In this document: positions 18,086 through 24,650 of the stretch, one piece after another
Position numbering within the stretch: position 1 is the first letter of the stretch
Layout: each line of letters starts with the position of its first letter
From: a virus
IMG/VR virus record: IMGVR_UViG_3300021400_000026
Direction: 5' to 3' (one strand)
DNA length: 64,000 nt
Notes under the pieces: model-generated
What the model was told of the DNA's origin: nothing
Databases searched by the model: none
What the model saw: the letters and a program-made list of their open reading frames with translations, nothing else
Translations under genes and position numbers: made by a program

Positions 18086-18500
18086 AACTGGGAAACAGCT
18101 ATACTTTGCTATGCTTCGCTCCGCGTTGCTACGCTTGACTAAATTGGGATATAACTTTGCTTGGCTCCGCTTTGCGCGGCTGTACTTTACTCTACTCTGC
18201 TATACTGCGCTGCGTTTGGATATAACTTTGCATCGCTCTTCTAAACTTGGCTCCACTTTACTCCGCTAAACTAAATTTGGATGTAACTTTGCTTTGCCAG
18301 ACTGAACTCCGCTGTACTACGAGTTGCTCAACTTTGCTTTGCTCAACTTTGTTGGGATATAACTGTGCTTTGCATCGCTATACTTTGCTATGCTTAACTT
18401 CACTTTGCATTGCTGGGTTATGATATAACTTTGCTTCGCTTGACTTCACTCCGCTGATCAAGGCTTTTCTTAACTTGGCTTTGTTTGGATATAACTTTGC
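18086..18500. repeat. array of 6-7 degenerate 61-76-bp tandem repeats with conserved core TTGGATATAACTTTGC
   Basis: Cores lie at 18144-18160, 18215-18231, 18276-18292, 18352-18368, 18418-18434 and 18484-18500, plus a degenerate copy near 18089. Each core contains TAACTTTG, a TAnnTTTG match on the plus strand. The only ORF through the region looks spurious. Confidence 0.7.
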
Positions 18501-18540
18501 TGCGCTCTGCTGCGCTATGCTCAACTTTACCATAATAGTC

Positions 18541-18879
18541 TTAACTGGACTGCGCAAATTTATTTCGATTTAATTTCTTCAATCTTATATCTTCGAGCCG
18601 CTTGATGTTCGCCTCGTTGCGTTTATGTAGCAGATTACGAAATTCTCCAAGCCATGCGTGGCGTTCATTGGCATTTGCAAAATTGCCCTTAAAGCGATTT
18701 TCAAAGAGGTGCGATTTCAGCACCTCTTCGTTCTTATAATAACAGCCATAAGGCAGATAAACACATTCAAGTCTTCCCCATCTAAGAGTTACAAGACCAA
18801 CCAAACGATTATTCATTCTTGCTTCATATTCTTCTGGGCAAGTTTGTTTTATCTGCTTAAATTTTATTTGGCGTTTCAT
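18541..18879 (-). CDS. hypothetical protein
   Basis: ORF-track ORF, basic, with no motif recognised. Confidence 0.55.
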   Translation of the reverse strand: MKRQIKFKQIKQTCPEEYEARMNNRLVGLVTLRWGRLECVYLPYGCYYKNEEVLKSHLFENRFKGNFANANERHAWLGEFRNLLHKRNEANIKRLEDIRLKKLNRNKFAQSS

Positions 18880-18888
18880 AGGCTATTT

Positions 18889-19467
18889 CTACTTAATTTC
18901 TTCAATTTTATATCTTCCATAGCACTGCCGATATGTCCCGATGCCGTATCGTAGCCCGGCATTGGTCATGGCCAACCACACCTCACTCTTATTGAGCTGA
19001 CTCTCGTCGAAGTGCAGCTCGCCCTCCAGACTCCACTCTGGGATGATCATGCGGGCTGTCACCACCTTCGCCTTCATAATGCCGACAGGACGGATGTCAA
19101 CGTATGTCTCGCTGTGGTTCTCCCAAAGCTCTTCAGGTGTGCAACCATTATCGGCAAACTTCAGGATGCCATCGTTGAACACGAACACGCTGCGCTGGAA
19201 CTTTGCACCCAGCTTATTCTCCTTCGCACCAGCCTCGAAACTCTTGGCAATCATATTGGCGGGAAGGAAGTATTGCCCTTTGTTGTTCCAATAGCACGAT
19301 GCCAGGAACTTCAGGTGGAAGATTTCATTTTGGTCTTCGTCGGTCTTCTTGCGCTTCGATGTCAGTGCGCTGATGGCCTTCGTAAACTCATTCATTGGAT
19401 TCACCGTCTGCGGGTTGTTCAACATCAGTGGACAAGTACCCGTCATTCTAAACTTAATACTTTTCAT
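18889..19467 (-). CDS. hypothetical protein
   Basis: ORF 18889..19605 was trimmed to MKSIKFRMTG (ATG at 19467), downstream of the stop of 19503..19862. Confidence 0.55.
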   Translation of the reverse strand: MKSIKFRMTGTCPLMLNNPQTVNPMNEFTKAISALTSKRKKTDEDQNEIFHLKFLASCYWNNKGQYFLPANMIAKSFEAGAKENKLGAKFQRSVFVFNDGILKFADNGCTPEELWENHSETYVDIRPVGIMKAKVVTARMIIPEWSLEGELHFDESQLNKSEVWLAMTNAGLRYGIGTYRQCYGRYKIEEIK

Positions 19468-19502
19468 AATCTCTCTTTTTAAATTGTTAATATGGTTTAT
19501 TT

Positions 19503-19862
19503 TTACGCTTGTAATGCTTTTCCCTTGGACTTCATCGGCCAGTCGTCGTAACCGTTGGTGATGACCATCTCGGGGATTGATGAGTAGTCGTAGATGTCGA
19601 TGCAACTGCCCTTGCGACGAGAAAACCGCTCAGCCTCTTTCTTGCACCACGACAGGGGCAATCCGCGAGCGTCTTGCGGTTCGTCTAAGATGTCCCAAGG
19701 TGGCAAGCGGTATTTCTTATTGCCACGGTCGAATGCATCGATGTCTTCGGCTGTCAGCTGTTCGCACACCTTCACCGCGTGGCGCATCTTCTTCACCCAC
19801 TCGGGTGGGAAGGGGCAGTGCCATTCGCCTCCAGCGTGGTATGGTCGCTTGCTGTAGATCAT
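19503..19862 (-). CDS. hypothetical protein
   Basis: ORF-track ORF whose start shares one nucleotide with the upstream stop (TAATG). Confidence 0.55.
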   Translation of the reverse strand: MIYSKRPYHAGGEWHCPFPPEWVKKMRHAVKVCEQLTAEDIDAFDRGNKKYRLPPWDILDEPQDARGLPLSWCKKEAERFSRRKGSCIDIYDYSSIPEMVITNGYDDWPMKSKGKALQA

Positions 19863-19999
19863 TACATGCCGCTGACGAGATGAGCGAGAAGACCGCCAAG
19901 ATATACGACGGCCAAAAACGCGATGCCGAGAACGGCACCGAAACCAATCTGGCGCAAGATGTACTTCAATTCCTGCGCTTCGCTTTCATTCTGTTTCAT
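19862..19999 (-). CDS. 45-aa single-pass membrane protein (below the ORF-track length cut-off)
   Basis: Manual translation gives MKQNESEAQELKYILRQIGFGAVLGIAFLAVVYLGGLLAHLVSGM*. The stop is coupled to the next start. Confidence 0.45.
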   Translation of the reverse strand: MKQNESEAQELKYILRQIGFGAVLGIAFLAVVYLGGLLAHLVSGM

Positions 20000-20035
20000 A
20001 TCTGATATATTTTAAAATGTGGATAATCTGTTGAA

Positions 20036-20208
20036 AACCGTCAGAACCTCGCGGCGGTGACGGGTAGAAAATTCAAACTTGAATGATATAGAAAAATTTG
20101 CAAGAACCGTCAGAACCTCGCGGCGGTGACGGTGGATCAAAAAAAAATAATTAATAATAAAACAGTAAAGAATTCACAAGAGCCGTCAGAACCTCGCGGC
20201 GGTGACGG
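20036..20208 (-). repeat. three copies of a 28-nt hairpin repeat (AACCGTCAGAACCTCGCGGCGGTGACGG)
   Basis: Copies lie at 20036-20063, 20105-20132 and 20181-20208, spaced 69 and 76 nt apart. The stem is CCGTCA/TGACGG, and two copies are followed by T-rich tracts on the minus strand. Confidence 0.75.
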
Positions 20209-20261
20209 GTGAATGCTGTAACAAACAAATTTTTTATGAAAACAAATCTTAAAGTCTTTCG

Positions 20262-20335
20262 TCGCCATAGATGGGCTCGAACCACCGACCTCACCCAATG
20301 CAAAGGGTGTGCTCTACCAACAGAGCTATACGACG
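20262..20335 (-). tRNA. tRNA-like gene with UGC at the anticodon position but an 8-nt anticodon loop
   Basis: Hand fold: acceptor CGUCGUA/UAUGGCG (two G-U pairs), D arm GCUC-UGUUGGUA-GAGC, anticodon stem CACCC/GGGUG enclosing UUUGCAUU (8 nt), variable AGGUC, T arm GGUGG-UUCGAGC-CCAUC, discriminator A. No CCA is encoded. Confidence 0.6.
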
Positions 20336-20700
20336 GAATAAAAAGCCCGCACGATTGCTCATGCGGGCACGTTCAATTTATCTATTCAATATATTAGTTT
20401 CGATTTTAGTCTCACTGCCTAATACCCAGCTCTACAACATCTGGCACACGTGCCAACAGGTCTCCTTTGAAATGGTTTAGGTTCTGCACCTCACTCGCAC
20501 CTCACGGCGGGAGCGTCCACCCGGTCTGATTACATTCTTACGTTGCCGCAAGGTCCTTCATCAGTCGCCTCTCGTCCGGCTATGTATTGTTTTAGGGGCG
20601 TTGCCTTATTCCAGGGTCGCCATGATGGTCGGTCTTGCCGATTCCCCCTTGCCGTATCTGAGTACCCAGCAGTGCTGGTTTGTATAGTCATTGAATCTTG

Positions 20701-20789
20701 TGGAAGGTGAGGGACTCGAACCCCCGACGTACCTCGCGCTTTCAGCATTGCCTCACGTTCTTGGTGCCTTTCCTCTCGGCCAACCCTCC
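20701..20789 (-). tRNA. class-II-like tRNA-like gene (Ser/Leu-type D arm) lacking a canonical anticodon arm; possibly a pseudogene or att-site hybrid
   Basis: Acceptor GGAGGGU/ACCUUCC, D arm GCC-GAGAGGAAA-GGC and T arm GGGGG-UUCGAGU-CCCUC are all good. The 39 nt in between (CCAAGAACGUGAGGCAAUGCUGAAAGCGCGAGGUACGUC) do not fold into a 5-bp stem with a 7-nt loop. Confidence 0.45.
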
Positions 20790-20951
20790 CAATATGTCTT
20801 ATCCTGATTACTCTTGTTTAAGAAAACCAGCGAACTTCACAGCGGGCTGGATAGTGTTTTACAATATGTTTAACTACGTATAAAAAGAATTGGCAACCGC
20901 CGTTGCATTGAAACAATCATTATAACTAAATACCTCTTTATATCGCCTTTT

Positions 20952-21227
20952 TCAATTCACTTGCAGCCTCTTGATCCTGCCGTCTTCCATCATCTCCTGA
21001 ATCTCATGCAACGGATAGAGCCAGCTGCCCGTGTGGTGATTCCCATCGCGGTCGTCCCACTCCACCCTTGTACGGTTGAAGCATGAGCCGTTTCGCTTCA
21101 GCCAGTTCACGTTCAGCGTCTCGATATGATCTGCCAGCGTCTCAGCCGTCACCCACTTCTCAGAGTATTGCTTGAATGCCCTCCGCACCACGTCGAGTAT
21201 CTTCACCTCTAATTGTTTCCAGTTCAT
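20952..21227 (-). CDS. hypothetical protein
   Basis: ORF-track ORF, second gene of the leftward early operon. Confidence 0.55.
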   Translation of the reverse strand: MNWKQLEVKILDVVRRAFKQYSEKWVTAETLADHIETLNVNWLKRNGSCFNRTRVEWDDRDGNHHTGSWLYPLHEIQEMMEDGRIKRLQVN

Positions 21228-21230
21228 AGC

Positions 21231-21443
21231 CTACGATATACGCTTAATGATTACCTGCCTCTGCTCCACTCCGTCGATTGCTGGTGCAATCCTGGCACTG
21301 AACGATTTGCCGCTGTAGTTCTTCTGCTGGTTGGCGAAACTCTGAGCAGAGCGTGCCACCTTCCAGTTCGGCAGGGTAAAGATTTTCTCTTCACCAACCA
21401 CGAACGCGTTCAGGTCTTCCAATGTCACTTTTTCTTTCGTCAT
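21231..21443 (-). CDS. hypothetical small protein at the Cro-like position
   Basis: First gene transcribed divergently from the HTH regulator 21717..22388. No HTH motif was recognised by eye. Confidence 0.45.
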   Translation of the reverse strand: MTKEKVTLEDLNAFVVGEEKIFTLPNWKVARSAQSFANQQKNYSGKSFSARIAPAIDGVEQRQVIIKRIS

Positions 21444-21500
21444 ATTATTAATCTATCTTAAATTATTGCTTGCATTAGTACAACTTGGCAGAAAAAGCCG

Positions 21501-21508
21501 TATATTTG
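21501..21508 (+). promoter_or_regulatory. -7 box TATATTTG on the plus strand (candidate promoter for regulator/integrase)
   Basis: GTATATTTGCAACC on the plus strand. The same 14-mer (GTATATTTGCACCC) occurs inverted at 21624-21637. Confidence 0.4.
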
Positions 21509-21627
21509 CAACCCTACACTCTCGCAAAGTGTGTCACAAACAGGCGGTTAATCCGCTTCGCTAAGACGGGTTTCTCGTCTGACGGCTATTTTCTTGCCCC
21601 GTTGTATGCTTGCTTGCTTTACGGGTG

Positions 21628-21635
21628 CAAATATA
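21628..21635 (-). promoter_or_regulatory. -7 box TATATTTG on the minus strand (candidate leftward early promoter)
   Basis: The reverse complement of CAAATATA at 21628-21635 matches TAnnTTTG and is oriented toward 21443. Confidence 0.4.
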
Positions 21636-21716
21636 CAAACTTAAAATGAAACCAGTATAATTCTGGTGGATTTATGGTGTATTTTTAATATAATTTAAGA
21701 GAATTGTGGTGTAATT

Positions 21717-22388
21717 ATGGATGAATCAAAAAAAATCGAGGAGAAAAAGAAGTACAATGCACCCTTCTTTCGTGCCTTCGACCATCTGGCCAAAGACATG
21801 GACAAAAACCAACAGGAGATGGCCTTGCATATCGGTGCTTCGCCGTCACTTATATCCGACCAGCGCAACGGCAAAAAGCGGGTCGGCATGAAATACATGA
21901 CAAATCTCGCCAAGGCTTTTAATGAATTCTACCAAGGCGAAGCTCACCTGTATATGAATTTTCTGCTGGGCAAAAGTCAGTACATGCTTGTTGAGAATGT
22001 CCCAGATTCCGAAATTTCGGAGAACCTATCACGCGAAGCCAATCCTGATTATGACGTGATGAAGGCTCAACAACAACAATCTTCACCTCATGATCAAGAC
22101 TCTACTCTGATAATGTCGAAGATGTTCGAGTCAATGCTGAAGCCTATCGAGGCCGCACATGCCCAGCAAGTCGCAGCCCTGAATCAGCAGATTGCCGACA
22201 AACAGACCATCATCGATCTTCAGGCCGACAAAATCAAGTCCCAAGCTGACGAAATCGCCAGCCTACAAAAACTTATTGCCGAACTCCGCTCTATGCCGAC
22301 ATCTATCAATATTGAAGATGTCTTGAAGAAATACCCCTTCACCATCGGCGTTGCCGACCACCCCGACACCACCCGCGCACAGGTATGA
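21717..22388 (+). CDS. HTH transcriptional regulator, CI-like repressor candidate
   Basis: KNQQEMALHIGASPSLISDQRNGKKRV is an HTH_3-like motif. The C-terminus is a coiled coil. The gene is divergent from the early operon and upstream of the integrase. Confidence 0.55.
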   Translation: MDESKKIEEKKKYNAPFFRAFDHLAKDMDKNQQEMALHIGASPSLISDQRNGKKRVGMKYMTNLAKAFNEFYQGEAHLYMNFLLGKSQYMLVENVPDSEISENLSREANPDYDVMKAQQQQSSPHDQDSTLIMSKMFESMLKPIEAAHAQQVAALNQQIADKQTIIDLQADKIKSQADEIASLQKLIAELRSMPTSINIEDVLKKYPFTIGVADHPDTTRAQV

Positions 22389-22579
22389 ACATTATAATAT
22401 ATATAATAGCATTAACCGTGATAATAGTGGTGAAACTCTCCAATGTTTCCCCACACCAATACCATGAAGCACGGTTAACCTATTATAATATAACCACTTA
22501 CGTCGAATCTTGCATAATCCCAAACGGATCACTTTTAGACGTGGCGGGGTTATGCCGAAAATCGCGGCATCCGCCTTAA
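22385..22579 (+). CDS. small hydrophobic protein (uncertain)
   Basis: The ATG overlaps the regulator stop (ATGA). The N-terminus IIIYIIALTVIIVV is a transmembrane segment. The sequence is AT-rich. Confidence 0.3.
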   Translation: MNIIIYIIALTVIIVVKLSNVSPHQYHEARLTYYNITTYVESCIIPNGSLLDVAGLCRKSRHPP

Positions 22580-22721
22580 ATAAAGGGATTAACGCTTAAA
22601 TTGGGAGATTATGAAGAAATGCAAAATTGGCGCAAATCGGGACAAAAATGATGGATTGTTTCCCCATTGTTACCCCAGTGGCAAAACAGGTGGGGAAACA
22701 TTTCCAGGAAGTGGGGAAACA
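22444..22721. repeat. four copies of GTGGGGAAACA (two direct, two inverted) upstream of int
   Basis: Inverted copies lie at 22444-22454 and 22657-22666 (the latter is a 10-mer). Direct copies lie at 22690-22700 and 22711-22721. Confidence 0.7.
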
Positions 22722-22766
22722 GTATGACCAGGCTGAAGCGCATGAAACTAAAAAAACAAAAAATCT

Positions 22767-24002
22767 ATGAGCATAACAAAAGTAACAAGTGCAATCGTAT
22801 GGGACCATCGGGGGCGTGTCGCCGAGGGTGGCAAGGGCCAGGTGGAGATCCGTGTGACGGTGGCCAGAAAGTCGTACCATTTCGGCACTGGTGTGAAGTG
22901 CTACAAGAACGAATTGGTGGCAGGGCAACTGTTAGACTGCCCTGGTAAGGATGAACTAAACCGCAAGATTGGAATCATATATAACAAGGTACTCGCGCTT
23001 GTGAATGCGTGCGTGGACGCGGGCGAACCTATTAATACCGAAGAGATACGGCGGCAGGTGTGGCAGACGGTGGAGGCGCAGTCGGACGAGCCTGTGTTCA
23101 TGGACTGGCTGGCGGAGCAGGTGCCGGAGCTGGGCGTGTCTGAGGGTACACGGAAGCACTATGACCCGCTGCTGGTACGGCTGGAGGCTTTCGGGCGGAT
23201 GAAGCGGTGGCAGGATGTGACCGTCGAGAATATCGCCAACTTCGATGCGTGGTTGCATTGTATCACAAAGCCTTTGAGCGATGCCAGGCGCAAAGCTGGT
23301 GCCAAGCCTGAAAAGCTGAGCGATGCCGCTATTTATAACTACCACAAGTGTCTGAAGGCTCTGCTCAACCGTGCGCTGTCGTTTGGAAAGATTGACGCAA
23401 ACCCTTATGACCGCCTGAAGGGGAAGTTCAAGCGAGGTGAAAAAGAAAACGTGGAATATCTCACTGAGGAAGAAATGAAACGTTTCGAGGCTATCATACT
23501 GCCGAAAGGTTCAGAACTTGATGTCGTGCATGATCTCTTCATCTTCCAGATGTTCACGGGTCTGCCTTACTCTGATATGCAGGCCTTCGACGTATCAGAT
23601 TATAAATGGGATGGCAAAGCATGGAAGCATGTCGGCGAACGCATAAAGACTGGTGTGCCGTATGTTTCACAACTTCTCCCTCCGGCGGTGAAGATTCTCG
23701 AAAAGTATGGTTGGGAAATCCCGCAGTTATCCAATGCCGACTATAACCGCCACTTGAAGGCACTCGGACAGATGGCTGGTATCAAGACACGGCTTCACTC
23801 ACACCTCGCCCGTCACACCTTCGCCACCTACATGCTGCGCAATGGGGTGAAGATCGAAAATGTCTCGAAGATGCTCGGACACACGAATATCACGCAGACG
23901 CAACGCTATGCGAAGGTGCTGGCGGAGTCGGTGCATGAGGACTTCGACATGATAGCAGAGAAGCTCGAAACGAAGAAACGGAAAAGAATGTCTAACCCTT
24001 AA
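22767..24002 (+). CDS. int: tyrosine recombinase / phage integrase
   Basis: The C-terminal catalytic region HLARHTFATYMLRNGVKIENVSKMLGHTNITQTQRYAKV fits the R..HxxR..Y signature. The N-terminus resembles a Bacteroidetes-type SAM-like domain. Confidence 0.95.
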   Translation: MSITKVTSAIVWDHRGRVAEGGKGQVEIRVTVARKSYHFGTGVKCYKNELVAGQLLDCPGKDELNRKIGIIYNKVLALVNACVDAGEPINTEEIRRQVWQTVEAQSDEPVFMDWLAEQVPELGVSEGTRKHYDPLLVRLEAFGRMKRWQDVTVENIANFDAWLHCITKPLSDARRKAGAKPEKLSDAAIYNYHKCLKALLNRALSFGKIDANPYDRLKGKFKRGEKENVEYLTEEEMKRFEAIILPKGSELDVVHDLFIFQMFTGLPYSDMQAFDVSDYKWDGKAWKHVGERIKTGVPYVSQLLPPAVKILEKYGWEIPQLSNADYNRHLKALGQMAGIKTRLHSHLARHTFATYMLRNGVKIENVSKMLGHTNITQTQRYAKVLAESVHEDFDMIAEKLETKKRKRMSNP

Positions 24003-24014
24003 AATATAAAAGCT

Positions 24015-24584
24015 ATGACACTATTTTTATTTGCACTGTTGGCCGTCTGTATCCTTGTGGCTTTTGCCGTGTTCAGTCATGGAAACAGTAAAACCGTCAA
24101 AGAGAATGTTAATCAAGATGAGGAATTGATTGCAAATGCCGTCGGATTCCTAACCAAAGCGGAAGCACTTCGGCAGGCTGAAGTTGCAGGGAATGAACTC
24201 GTGAGGGGTGCAATACTCAGCAATACCTACACGGGTCCATGGCCTGAGCGTCGTGCTGATGGCGGTTATCTAAGTATCTTCGATAACCTCCGCATCCTGA
24301 AGGTGGCTGGCATGAATTTCAGGCATGGCATGAATCGTTACAAAGGCTTTATCGATGCAGCTCTGGTGCCAGAACCGAAAAACGAGTACGATAAGAATGC
24401 CATCAAGGTAGTTTCTATCGACGGACACCACCTTGGTTATGTACCAACCGAACAGACCGACTTCGTGCGCTCGCTCACTGCCAATGAATTTCCGTACAAA
24501 TGCAAATGCGAGGTCTGTGAAGGTTTTGATGATGACGATGAAAAGTGTTACTTTGGCTACGTCTACATCAAGCGGCTCGACTGA
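24015..24584 (+). CDS. membrane-anchored HIRAN-domain protein
   Basis: An N-terminal transmembrane segment is followed by LKVAGMNFRHG..FIDAALVPEPKNEYDKNAIKVVSIDGHHLGYVPTEQTDFV, which follows the HIRAN pattern (rEP.NpyD.nAi.V....g..iGYvp). Confidence 0.65.
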   Translation: MTLFLFALLAVCILVAFAVFSHGNSKTVKENVNQDEELIANAVGFLTKAEALRQAEVAGNELVRGAILSNTYTGPWPERRADGGYLSIFDNLRILKVAGMNFRHGMNRYKGFIDAALVPEPKNEYDKNAIKVVSIDGHHLGYVPTEQTDFVRSLTANEFPYKCKCEVCEGFDDDDEKCYFGYVYIKRLD

Positions 24585-24650
24585 AAAGGACAAAGGGGAG
24601 TGCTGTGTGCTCCCCTCCCTTAAATATAAACTATTTAAAACAAAACGACT

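Noticed and set aside
18086-18500. Possible CRISPR array (regularly spaced repeats)
   Set aside because: The conserved core is only about 16 nt. Spacing varies from 61 to 76 bp. The 'spacers' are low-complexity and similar to one another. No cas genes or leader are present. It fits better as a tandem degenerate repeat or iteron field.
20340-20700. tmRNA, a group I intron or a hammerhead ribozyme in the spacer between the tRNA-like genes (a CUGAUGA box lies at 20568-20574 on the minus strand)
   Set aside because: There is no tag-peptide ORF and no G3-U70 tRNA-like domain pairing across the region. I found no P7/P3-type conserved intron cores by eye. The sequence flanking CUGAUGA lacks a stem II hairpin and a GAAA box. 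The question needs a covariance-model scan, so it is left as unexplained non-coding sequence.
20200-20950. The tRNA-like region as a boundary between two different prophages
   Set aside because: Neither arm is a complete phage on its own: the left has terminase and replication genes, the right has the virion and lysogeny genes. Both arms share the same leaders, promoter boxes, repeat motifs and paralogous genes. One genome, either circularly permuted or present as tandem copies, is more parsimonious. This cannot be proven without the flanking sequence.
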